Of a stretch of 26,445 nucleotides of DNA, positions 8,550-15,868 are shown in pieces (positions within the stretch are counted from its first letter, which is position 1; the number at the start of each line of letters is the position of its first letter). The DNA is taken from positions 1-26,445 of IMG/VR virus record IMGVR_UViG_3300005758_000110, one strand, 5' to 3'. Source of the stretch: a virus. Taxonomy: Duplodnaviria > Caudoviricetes. Both the position numbers and the translations under genes were made by a program. The notes beneath the pieces are model-generated. The model did no database searches. It was not told the origin of the DNA and saw only the letters and a program-made list of their open reading frames with translations.

Positions 8550-9355
8550 TTTTTTTAGGATTAACACCTAAGAGATATACACCATTAGGTGGAACTACAA
8601 CTGATGCTGATGCACAGGCTTTTATTACAGCGGCTGGAATTACAGATGCTACTCAAAAAAGCGCAATTAATCAACTTGTATTGGATTTAAAGAGTGCTAA
8701 CATTTGGACTAAAATGAAAGCTTTATATCCAATTGTTGGGGGTACTTCAACAACTCATAAATGGAATTTAAAAAATCCTTTGGATACAGATGCTGCTTTT
8801 AGATTAAATTTTTCGTTAGGTTGGACACATTCAAGTAATGGCATGACACCAAATGGGACGAGTGCTTTTGCAAATACTTTTTGTGGTACAAATGAGATGA
8901 ATATAAATAGTGCGCATATTTCATTTTATTCAAGAACTAACAATTCTGTATCAGGTCAAGAAATGGGTGCATTACAAAACCTTCCAAATAGTTATACAGA
9001 TTTATCATTAAATTATCCAGGATATGGAGCTTTTACACGAATAAATAATGGCGGAACACCTGTTGGAGTAGTAAATTCAGATTCAACTGGTTTTTATATA
9101 GCAACAAGAACAGCATCAAACATATTAAATCTATTTAAAAATAATAACAAAATAAGAGCAGGAACAGATTTATCAAATGCAACATCAACAAGACCAATAT
9201 ATATAGGAGGGTTAAATAATCAAGGAAGTGCTGGTTTTTATACAAATAGACAATGTGCATTTGCCTCAATAGGCGATGGCTTAACAGATACAGAAGCAGC
9301 AAACTTTTATACAGCGGTAAATACATATCAAACAACTTTAGGAAGAAACGTTTAA
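8546..9355 (+). CDS. Virion/tail-associated protein with lectin (ConA-like) fold candidate
   Basis: 'DADAQAFITAAGITDATQKSAINQLVLDLK...W.KMKA.YP.VGG' and C-terminal 'CAFASIGDGLTD.EA...YT.V..YQT.LGR', a family I recall from freshwater Bacteroidota phages. Confidence 0.55.
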   Translation: MIFLGLTPKRYTPLGGTTTDADAQAFITAAGITDATQKSAINQLVLDLKSANIWTKMKALYPIVGGTSTTHKWNLKNPLDTDAAFRLNFSLGWTHSSNGMTPNGTSAFANTFCGTNEMNINSAHISFYSRTNNSVSGQEMGALQNLPNSYTDLSLNYPGYGAFTRINNGGTPVGVVNSDSTGFYIATRTASNILNLFKNNNKIRAGTDLSNATSTRPIYIGGLNNQGSAGFYTNRQCAFASIGDGLTDTEAANFYTAVNTYQTTLGRNV

Positions 9356-9367
9356 AATAAAATAATT

Positions 9368-9586
9368 ATGGAAGGCAGAATAGTAACAGAGCAACAAGCA
9401 AATGAACTACAAGGAGTATTCATTGATGCTGATACATTTTTTAATTTCGTTCAAGACATTGACGGAAAATACTTTATGTTTACAAGTGAACAGGATGAGG
9501 CTGAAATAGCAAATACTCAATACGCTTATTTATTGGATATTCCATTAAGTCCTTATACACCACCACCACCAACACCAATACCATAA
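9368..9586 (+). CDS. Small acidic protein, possible fibre assembly chaperone
   Basis: 72 aa after the fibre-like gene; 'FNFVQDIDGKYF' and a Pro-rich tail. Confidence 0.4.
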   Translation: MEGRIVTEQQANELQGVFIDADTFFNFVQDIDGKYFMFTSEQDEAEIANTQYAYLLDIPLSPYTPPPPTPIP

Positions 9587-9592
9587 TAAATT

Positions 9593-9799
9593 ATGAAAAA
9601 TTTTTTAGAATATATTAAAAAGTACGGAGCGACTGCCGTATTAGTTGCATGGTTAATGCATACAAATTATCGAGTAGCTATTTTAGAAAGCAAATTATAT
9701 TCATGCTTAGAAAGAAATCAATTTATGCAGCAATATCAAAGACAAAATGCTTGTATATTACCTAAAAAACTAAGTTATGAAACTGAAAGTAATTCGTGA
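9593..9799 (+). CDS. Small membrane protein of lysis cassette (holin-like)
   Basis: One hydrophobic segment (YGATAVLVAWLM); overlaps the endolysin start. Confidence 0.4.
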   Translation: MKNFLEYIKKYGATAVLVAWLMHTNYRVAILESKLYSCLERNQFMQQYQRQNACILPKKLSYETESNS

Positions 9800-10202
9800 A
9801 ACAAAAACAGATATTAGTACAATTGGAAGGCTTTTCGTAAATGAAAAGTTTTTCTGTTATACACTTGAAGATAAAGATAGAGCATTGAAACAAACCGATA
9901 CTTTGATTTATATTCAGGCAAAAAAGATATTTGGAGTTACTGCAATCCCATCTGGAAGCTATGAGTTGATAGTTAATCAAAGCCCTAAATTCAAAAGGAT
10001 GTTACCTCGCATTCTTAATATAAAAGGATTTGATGGGGTTTTAATGCACAGAGGAAACACAGCGAATGATTCATTAGGCTGTATTATTTTGGGTTATCAA
10101 AAAGGCGATAACGCAATCTTTGATAGTACTAAGGCAGAAAATGATTTGGTAAACCTTTTGTTATTGCACAAAGACGAAAAGCATACTATTGAAATAGTAT
10201 AA
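9777..10202 (+). CDS. Putative endolysin, DUF5675 / L,D-peptidase-like
   Basis: 'STIGRL...FCYTLED', 'TAIP.G.Y' and His/Cys motif 'VLMHRGNTANDSLGCIILG'. Confidence 0.75.
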   Translation: MKLKVIRETKTDISTIGRLFVNEKFFCYTLEDKDRALKQTDTLIYIQAKKIFGVTAIPSGSYELIVNQSPKFKRMLPRILNIKGFDGVLMHRGNTANDSLGCIILGYQKGDNAIFDSTKAENDLVNLLLLHKDEKHTIEIV

Positions 10203-10231
10203 AAAAAGCCCGACTTACTCGAAGTCAGGCT
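10201..10231 (-). terminator. Minus-strand intrinsic terminator
   Basis: AGCCTGACTT-CGAGT-AAGTCGGGC+T7 on the minus strand. One pair is U-G on minus but A-C on plus, which fixes the orientation. Confidence 0.75.
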
Positions 10232-10272
10232 CAATCATGAAATTTAGTTACATATTGTGTATGAAAAGAACG
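10201..10272 (-). ncRNA. Putative ~70-nt small RNA antisense to the lysis operon
   Basis: Bounded by a minus-strand Bacteroidota promoter (10278-10306) and a minus-strand terminator (10201-10231); the 5' end is approximate. Confidence 0.6.
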
Positions 10273-10277
10273 TGGTG

Positions 10278-10306
10278 CAAATATAATAAATTTTTTTTAT
10301 GCCAAA
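10278..10306 (-). promoter_or_regulatory. Bacteroidota sigma-A-type promoter (minus strand)
   Basis: TTTG (10306-10303), 17-nt spacer, TATATTTG (10285-10278). Confidence 0.6.
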
Positions 10307-10775
10307 CTTTTTAAGTAAAATATTTTCAGGCGGAGCTGGTTCAGTAATTGATTCTGTTTCCAACGTTGTGGACAAATTTGTCCAAACCAAAGAAGAAAAA
10401 GATGCTGCTAATTTAGAACTGCAAAAGGTTTTAAATAGTCATTTAGAAGTAATGGAGCAAGAAGCAACTAAGCAATTAGAGGTTTACCAAAAAGAAATGG
10501 ATTCAGCTCGTAACAGAGAAATTCAAATTGCAACCGCAGAGAAAGCTCCATTGTTAAATAAGATAGTTACACCTGTTTTAGCTTTAATAGTTATTCTATT
10601 AACCTTTATATTGTTTTATGTATTAATGTTTAAGCAAGTAGGCAACGAAAAAGATATTATTATTTATGTGTTGGGAGTTTTAAGCGCAGTATGTACTCAA
10701 ATTGTAAGTTACTATTTTGGAAGTTCACAGGGTTCAGCTCAAAAACAAACACAAATTGACAAATTAATGAAGTAA
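10299..10775 (+). CDS. Putative holin
   Basis: Amphipathic N-terminus, 'SARNRE' motif, two TM segments and 'YYFGSS' ending; adjacent to the endolysin. Confidence 0.7.
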   Translation: MPNFLSKIFSGGAGSVIDSVSNVVDKFVQTKEEKDAANLELQKVLNSHLEVMEQEATKQLEVYQKEMDSARNREIQIATAEKAPLLNKIVTPVLALIVILLTFILFYVLMFKQVGNEKDIIIYVLGVLSAVCTQIVSYYFGSSQGSAQKQTQIDKLMK

Positions 10776-10802
10776 AATTTTCTATTTGATTTTCAAGTAG
10801 TT

Positions 10803-10836
10803 AGCAATTATTTAACAAAATAGTTGCTTTTTTTTT
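10803..10836 (+). terminator. Terminator at end of late/lysis operon
   Basis: AGCAATTATTT (10803-10813) / AAATAGTTGCT (10818-10828) followed by a long T run. Confidence 0.6.
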
Positions 10837-10865
10837 GGTTTATATTAAAAATTGCTTTAAATTTG
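10834..10865 (+). promoter_or_regulatory. Bacteroidota sigma-A-type early promoter
   Basis: TTTG (10834-10837)-N20-TAAATTTG (10858-10865), a consensus -33/-7 promoter. Confidence 0.8.
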
Positions 10866-10889
10866 CTTTATAATTAAAAACAAACAATC

Positions 10890-11231
10890 ATGAAAACAGA
10901 ACAATTACTTGGAGCTATTGAATACATTTTACATGAGTTCAATAACGTAAACGACAGTCACTCGGAAGTTAGATTTGACCGCATGAGGTTTATTATTATT
11001 GATAACGGTTTAACAACTACAATTAAATGCGAATATAAATATAGAGATGCATTAGTTTTAGTTGAGCCAAAAAAAGATAATATAGATGCTATTTGGAATC
11101 ATGAAGTTCAAATAACAACTTACCGATTTGATTTAAAAAACAATGATGAGTTTTTCAGTTTCTTAACTTATAACTTAAATAAAATGTTTGCTAACTTTTT
11201 AACACTTAATCCTTATGAAAAAGCTATTTAG
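10890..11231 (+). CDS. Hypothetical early protein
   Basis: 113-aa ORF, first gene after the early promoter, with an A-rich leader. Confidence 0.6.
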   Translation: MKTEQLLGAIEYILHEFNNVNDSHSEVRFDRMRFIIIDNGLTTTIKCEYKYRDALVLVEPKKDNIDAIWNHEVQITTYRFDLKNNDEFFSFLTYNLNKMFANFLTLNPYEKAI

Positions 11232-11343
11232 TTTAACAGGAGCTATTGACTGGTGGACAAGAAGAAACCATGATAGCGTAAGACAATCATTTAACATTGA
11301 ACACTATTTTAAAGTATTAAAAGCAAAAGGAATAATAAAATAA
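11215..11343 (+). CDS. Small hypothetical protein (42 aa), not in ORF track
   Basis: MKKLFSLTGAIDWWTRRNHDSVRQSFNIEHYFKVLKAKGIIK; overlaps the upstream gene, and its TAA is the TAAC core of the attC-like element. Confidence 0.55.
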   Translation: MKKLFSLTGAIDWWTRRNHDSVRQSFNIEHYFKVLKAKGIIK

Positions 11344-11395
11344 CGTGTCGCAGCTATGCGCTCGTTTTAATGGCGCATAGGTGCTGTTAGGCGTA
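11341..11395. repeat. attC-like imperfect hairpin
   Basis: TAAC-gtgtc-GCAGCTATGCGC (11350-11361)...GCGCATAGGTGC (11373-11384)-t-GTTAGGC; GC-rich in an AT-rich genome. Confidence 0.7.
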
Positions 11396-11425
11396 TGTGG
11401 CGGTTAATTAAACGAAAAATTAAAT

Positions 11426-12112
11426 ATGGAAAACGGAATAAGAATTTTAATAGCTTGTGAAGAAAGCGATGAAGTTAGGGGAAGATTTGAGCAAATGGGT
11501 TTTGATGCTTGGAGTTGTGATTTGCAAGAAAATAGAAACCCTAACGCAAATCATTATCAAGGAAATGTTTTTGACATTATAGATGACAATTGGGATGCAA
11601 TGATAGCATTTCCACCTTGCACACATTTAGCTGTGAGTGGAGCAGCTTGGTTTGAGCAAAAGCGAAAAGATGGCAGACAGCAACAAGGGATTGACTTTTT
11701 TTTAGCGATTGCAAGAGCCAAAATAAAACACATAGCAATAGAAAATCCAGTAGGAATAATGAGTAAAATTTATATGCCACCAACACAAGTAATACAACCA
11801 TATTATTTTGGCGATAAGGCACAAAAAACAACTTGCCTTTGGTTGAAAAACTTTCCACCATTATACCACAATGCAACACCTAATTTATTTGATGATGTAG
11901 TAACACATACTGACAAAGGCGAGTTTTTTGAATGGATTGATAGTAAGACTGGAAAGAAAAAAAGGCAACCTTTGTGGTTTAAAGAAGCAAGGAGTTTAAA
12001 AGGCGATGAACGAAGCAAGGTAAGGTCAAAAACATTTCCGGGAATAGCACAAGCTATGGCAAGTCAATGGGGTAATTATCTTATGGAAACGTATCGTAGC
12101 CATTACGCCTAA
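11426..12112 (+). CDS. DNA cytosine-C5 methyltransferase-like protein (phage type)
   Basis: 'ILIACEES...F...G.DAWSCD' SAM-binding start, catalytic 'FPPCTHL', 'IENPVG', 'K.TCLWL' and 'RSKTFPGIA.AMA.QWG'. Confidence 0.75.
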   Translation: MENGIRILIACEESDEVRGRFEQMGFDAWSCDLQENRNPNANHYQGNVFDIIDDNWDAMIAFPPCTHLAVSGAAWFEQKRKDGRQQQGIDFFLAIARAKIKHIAIENPVGIMSKIYMPPTQVIQPYYFGDKAQKTTCLWLKNFPPLYHNATPNLFDDVVTHTDKGEFFEWIDSKTGKKKRQPLWFKEARSLKGDERSKVRSKTFPGIAQAMASQWGNYLMETYRSHYA

Positions 12113-12162
12113 CTTACTTATTTGCGCTACTTTATAGCGACTTATATAAAAATAAATAAAAT

Positions 12163-12378
12163 ATGAAAATACCAAAACAAACAAAACAAACTATTGATGA
12201 GTTCTACTCATTTGGAGACCAGACTAAATTAAGAAGGTTTGGAATAAGCAAAGGGAAAAAGTTTAGCTTAGTAACAATAAGTAAAGCATTTAAAACAGGT
12301 GAATGCAATGATGATCTTCTCGACTTAATTAATGAATTTTATAAACTAAAAACTAAAAAGTATGGAAATGTATACTGA
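12163..12378 (+). CDS. Small basic protein, possible HTH DNA-binding
   Basis: 71 aa; 'SLVTISKAFKTG' resembles a recognition helix (weak). Confidence 0.4.
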   Translation: MKIPKQTKQTIDEFYSFGDQTKLRRFGISKGKKFSLVTISKAFKTGECNDDLLDLINEFYKLKTKKYGNVY

Positions 12379-12574
12379 TAACTTAGGTAAAATGAAAACG
12401 GATATGTTAGTAAGATTAAGACATACAGAATCTCAATTAATGGAAATAGCTGAAAAAGTTGGAGTAAATAACAGGCTTGAGATATTTGACAATGATTTAA
12501 TTGATAGATATGTAGCCTTAAAAAACCAACTAAGTATTTTAACATATAATTTTTTAAATAAAATTTGCTTATAA
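12362..12574 (+). CDS. Hypothetical protein
   Basis: 70-aa helical ORF coupled to the upstream gene. Confidence 0.5.
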   Translation: MEMYTDNLGKMKTDMLVRLRHTESQLMEIAEKVGVNNRLEIFDNDLIDRYVALKNQLSILTYNFLNKICL

Positions 12575-12594
12575 ATTAATTATAATTATCTTTG
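12564..12594 (+). promoter_or_regulatory. Bacteroidota sigma-A-type promoter
   Basis: TTTG (12564-12567)-N19-TATCTTTG (12587-12594); the ATG is only 5 nt downstream. Confidence 0.8.
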
Positions 12595-12599
12595 CAATT

Positions 12600-12848
12600 A
12601 TGAAAAAAACACAATCAATGGCGATACTCGATGCTTTACTTGCTGGCATTGTAGTTAATGGCTCAAACGCCTATGCTATTACTAAAAAAGAATGCAAGTG
12701 CGGAACTCTTAACCTTCATAAACTTATAGCTATTATTAGAGAGTTAGGTTATACAGTAAATGAGGAATGGAAAACAAATCCAAAAACAAAAACAGGATAT
12801 AAAGAATTTTCAATAACTAACAAAAAACAAAAGAAAAATGGAAACTAA
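12600..12848 (+). CDS. Winged-HTH DNA-binding protein
   Basis: 'TQ..AILDALLAG.......A........L...I..IRELGY.V..EW' pattern of small phage HTH proteins. Confidence 0.6.
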   Translation: MKKTQSMAILDALLAGIVVNGSNAYAITKKECKCGTLNLHKLIAIIRELGYTVNEEWKTNPKTKTGYKEFSITNKKQKKNGN

Positions 12849-13095
12849 ATTAAACAGCGGAGCAATTTTTAAGAATGCTAAAAAGACAAATGAAAAGCAA
12901 CCTGATTATCAGGGTACGGTAAATGTAAATGGAAAAGAAATGCAGATTAGTATGTGGTTAAAAGAAAGCCAAAAAGGAACTAAATATTTTAGTGTTGCGT
13001 TTCAAGAGCCATTTAAAAAAGATACTGAAAATAAAACGTATTCAAATGAAACAAAGTACACCCCAAAAATAGAAGACGATGGATTACCATTTTAG
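12838..13095 (+). CDS. ssDNA-binding-like protein (DUF736-like)
   Basis: 'NSGAIFKN..K..EKQPDYQG...V.GKE..IS.W' plus an acidic 'DDGLPF' C-terminal tail typical of SSBs. Confidence 0.65.
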   Translation: METKLNSGAIFKNAKKTNEKQPDYQGTVNVNGKEMQISMWLKESQKGTKYFSVAFQEPFKKDTENKTYSNETKYTPKIEDDGLPF

Positions 13096-13144
13096 TCTAT
13101 TCACTACAAAAACGTATAAATAAACAGAATTAAAACTATCTATC

Positions 13145-13384
13145 ATGAAAATTACAATTGAAAAAAAAGAAAGCGTTGAGATTGAAGTTCAATTACCAAC
13201 TTACGTAAAAAACAATAATCATTATTTTAAAATAGAAGAAAACAAAACTACCTCTATTTATAATAGTGAAAAAAACTATGAAATTGAAATCAATGAATAT
13301 ATGATGAGATTTCCATTTGAATACGATGAAATAACAGAAAGTGAATTCAATGAAGTATATAACCAAGTAAAATCAAAATTATGA
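13145..13384 (+). CDS. Hypothetical protein
   Basis: 79-aa acidic ORF; overlaps the next ATG by ATGA. Confidence 0.55.
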   Translation: MKITIEKKESVEIEVQLPTYVKNNNHYFKIEENKTTSIYNSEKNYEIEINEYMMRFPFEYDEITESEFNEVYNQVKSKL

Positions 13385-13923
13385 AAACTACAGAAAAGAA
13401 CGAAAAACAAAGTTTATTTAAAAGCTTAGCAGCATTCCAACAAGAAGTGCCAGTTATTCACAAAGAAACAAAAGGTTACGGATATTCTTACGCAGACCTT
13501 CCAACTATCTTTGATAAAATCAATCCATTGTTAGCTAAGCACAATTTAGGATTTACTCAACCAATAATGGGCAATTGTGTTAAAACAATTATATTCCAAA
13601 CTGAAACAGGGGAAACAATTGAATCATTAACTGAAATTCCACAAGGAGTTCAATTAAAAGGTATGAATGATTTTCAGGTTTTAGGTAGTGCAATTACTTA
13701 CATTCGCAGATATGCTTTAAGTTCAATTTTAGGATTAGTTACCGACAAAGATACTGATGCGGCTGGTGAACAAACAAAGCCAAGTAAACCTATTTTAAAA
13801 GCCGATACAGAACACTTTGGCAAAGCAGTTGAGTATTTGATGAAAGGTGGGTCTATCGATGCTATAAAGGCAAAATATGAGGTTAGTCAGGAAGTAGAAA
13901 CCAAACTAATAAAGTCAATCTAA
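13381..13923 (+). CDS. erf: ERF-family single-strand annealing protein
   Basis: 'YSYADL..I...I.PLL..H.L' and 'GSAITYIRRYALSSILGL..D.DTDA' ERF signature. Confidence 0.9.
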   Translation: MKTTEKNEKQSLFKSLAAFQQEVPVIHKETKGYGYSYADLPTIFDKINPLLAKHNLGFTQPIMGNCVKTIIFQTETGETIESLTEIPQGVQLKGMNDFQVLGSAITYIRRYALSSILGLVTDKDTDAAGEQTKPSKPILKADTEHFGKAVEYLMKGGSIDAIKAKYEVSQEVETKLIKSI

Positions 13924-14267
13924 TGGAAAGCACAATTGTTAATTGGTCAGTAGTGAATGAAGAGCAAATTGAAGAAGTTTTTATTAAAATGAGATATTTT
14001 GAAGGAACTTGTGAAAGATGCAATTATTCAATTAAAAAATTTCATTCAGATGTTGTTGGTTTTGGTATTAAGCATAAAGCAATAAAATCAGACTGGGATG
14101 TGAAAAATTTTGTTTTTGAATTGATAAACATTCCTTTTGATTATGAAAATATGACTGACAAACAAATGAAGTTTTTAAGAGCAATTTCAAAAAGATATTT
14201 AATAACTCCTTTAAAGTTCAAATTAGAAGATTATACTAATGAAAAAAAACAAATGAAATTTAATTAA
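13923..14267 (+). CDS. Hypothetical protein inserted between ERF and exonuclease
   Basis: 114 aa with CERC and 'MTDKQMKFL'; its first 14 nt duplicate the start of the next gene. Confidence 0.55.
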   Translation: MESTIVNWSVVNEEQIEEVFIKMRYFEGTCERCNYSIKKFHSDVVGFGIKHKAIKSDWDVKNFVFELINIPFDYENMTDKQMKFLRAISKRYLITPLKFKLEDYTNEKKQMKFN

Positions 14268-14269
14268 TT

Positions 14270-14923
14270 ATGGAAAGCACAATAGAAATATATTCGCCTG
14301 AATGGTTTATTAACCGACAAGGTAATTTCACAGGTAGCGAAATTTGGAAGCTAATGACTGAAGCACGTTCTAAAAAGGACGTGCTATCCAAAACAGCAGA
14401 AACTTATATTCTCGAAAAGGTATGGGAAAAATTAAGCGGTGAGGTTAAGCAAGGTATAAATAATGCTGCAACCGAATTTGGTAATGACAATGAGCCTATT
14501 GCAAAGAAATTTTACACATCTGTAACTGGCAATGATGTTAAGGAATCTTTAATGCTTTATTCAAACGAAATAGAAGGCTTAACAGGCAGCCCTGATGGCT
14601 TAGTAGGAGAAGATGGGTTAATCGAAGTTAAATGCCCTTACAATGGCGCAAATCATTTAAAACATTGCTTTATTACAAGTGATGAAACTTTCTTAAGTGA
14701 ACAACCTGAATACTATTATCAAATGCAATGCTATATGTTATTAAGCGGTCGTAAATGGTGTGACTTCGTTTCTTTCGACCCTCGTATTATTTCAAACTTA
14801 GGCTTATTTATTTATCGAGTAAATGCCAATGAAGAAATACATACTAAAATGAAAGAAAAAGTAATAGCAGCAAGGGAACTATTTAATCAATACTTTGAAT
14901 CATTTAATGGCAAAAAAAATTAA
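14270..14923 (+). CDS. YqaJ / lambda-type exonuclease
   Basis: 'SPEW...R.G..TGSE', 'G...EP.A', 'GSPDGL', 'IEVKCP' and 'YYYQMQ' PD-(D/E)xK motifs. Confidence 0.9.
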   Translation: MESTIEIYSPEWFINRQGNFTGSEIWKLMTEARSKKDVLSKTAETYILEKVWEKLSGEVKQGINNAATEFGNDNEPIAKKFYTSVTGNDVKESLMLYSNEIEGLTGSPDGLVGEDGLIEVKCPYNGANHLKHCFITSDETFLSEQPEYYYQMQCYMLLSGRKWCDFVSFDPRIISNLGLFIYRVNANEEIHTKMKEKVIAARELFNQYFESFNGKKN

Positions 14924-15440
14924 AGATAAAAAATGCAAGGAGTGTGGGAATACCTACACTCCATTTAATAGCCTTCAACAAGTTTGCAGTCCTAAATGCC
15001 ATTCTATATTTATTGAAAAAAAAGAATGGAAGAAAAAGAAAGCTGAAATGATAAAAAATTTAAGGACAAGAACGGAATGGCTAAAAATTTTGCAAACTAC
15101 CTTTAATTCATTTATTCGCTTAAGAGACAAAAATAAAGGCTGTATTAGTTGTGGTAAACAATTAAAAGAAGGAAACACCGATGCGGGCCATCTGTGGCCA
15201 ACTAAATACTCAAACATTCGTTTTAACGAGTTTAATGTGAATGGCCAATGTTCAAGGCCATGTAATAAAGATAAGTCAGGAGACATCAATAATTACAGAA
15301 TTAACTTTGTTAAAAGATACAGCGAAGAAAAACTAAAAGAACTGGATGAAATTGCTCATATAGAAAAAAAATACACGATTGAAGAAATACAAGAACTAAT
15401 TAAAATTTACAAATTAAAAATCAAAGAACATGGAAAATAA
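14895..15440 (+). CDS. ninG: NinG/Rap-like recombination endonuclease
   Basis: 'KKCKECG...Q.VCS..C', 'FN.FIRLRD...CISCG', 'DAGH', 'RFNE.NV.GQC...CN'; the start may be ATG 14907. Confidence 0.85.
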   Translation: MNHLMAKKIKDKKCKECGNTYTPFNSLQQVCSPKCHSIFIEKKEWKKKKAEMIKNLRTRTEWLKILQTTFNSFIRLRDKNKGCISCGKQLKEGNTDAGHLWPTKYSNIRFNEFNVNGQCSRPCNKDKSGDINNYRINFVKRYSEEKLKELDEIAHIEKKYTIEEIQELIKIYKLKIKEHGK

Positions 15441-15609
15441 AGAAAAATTAATAGAAATCGTTTACAATTACTTATGTTATGATATAAAATCAGACAATAG
15501 ATGGCACGACCCAAGTTCAAAAAATGAACATTGGTTAAAAGTAAAAAAAGATGCTGAAAATATTGTTAATTTAATAATCAAAGAATATGGAAAAAACACT
15601 AACACCTGA
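15430..15609 (+). CDS. Small hypothetical protein (59 aa), not in ORF track
   Basis: MENKEKLIEIVYNYLCYDIKSDNRWHDPSSKNEHWLKVKKDAENIVNLIIKEYGKNTNT fills the gap and overlaps both neighbours. Confidence 0.6.
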   Translation: MENKEKLIEIVYNYLCYDIKSDNRWHDPSSKNEHWLKVKKDAENIVNLIIKEYGKNTNT

Positions 15610-15868
15610 ACAGGCAAAACTTGAATTTGAAAGCCATTTATTAATTGGTTTATTCAAGGCTACAATTGAGCAAAGCACTCACTTAACAGGTAAATACAAA
15701 CAAAAGATGCTGGCTGACTTTAATCTATGGCAAAGAATCGGTTTTAAACTTTTAGAACAACTTGAAAAAAGGAATATAACGGAAGGTGAATACTTGGATA
15801 AAATAGGAGATATTTACCACACTATGAACTCAAATATGCGTGAAGAATTTTACAAAGGATTGGAATGA
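15587..15868 (+). CDS. Hypothetical protein
   Basis: 93-aa helical ORF; ATGA overlap with the MTase gene. Confidence 0.55.
   Translation: MEKTLTPEQAKLEFESHLLIGLFKATIEQSTHLTGKYKQKMLADFNLWQRIGFKLLEQLEKRNITEGEYLDKIGDIYHTMNSNMREEFYKGLE

Larger units (their letters stand above)
11341..12113. mobile_element. Putative integron-like gene cassette carrying a DNA MTase gene
   Basis: TAAC at both ends; GTTAGGCGTA (11386-11395) and its exact reverse complement TACGCCTAAC (12104-12113) flank the single gene; hairpin 11341-11389. Confidence 0.6.

Noticed and set aside
10237-10314. 25-aa + strand ORF (MKFSYILCMKRTW...) as the toxin of a type I toxin-antitoxin pair
   Set aside because: No clear hydrophobic helix or leader; its ATGs are the complement of the proposed sRNA seeds. 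Not excluded, but unsupported.
11341-11395. Simple intrinsic terminator or IS end
   Set aside because: No U tract on the coding strand and no transposase. The matching arm 700 bp away at the gene's stop codon is not explained by a terminator.
10776-12600. Lysogeny module (integrase, divergent repressor, attP)
   Set aside because: No recombinase motifs and no divergent gene pair in the window; lifestyle cannot be settled from this sequence.
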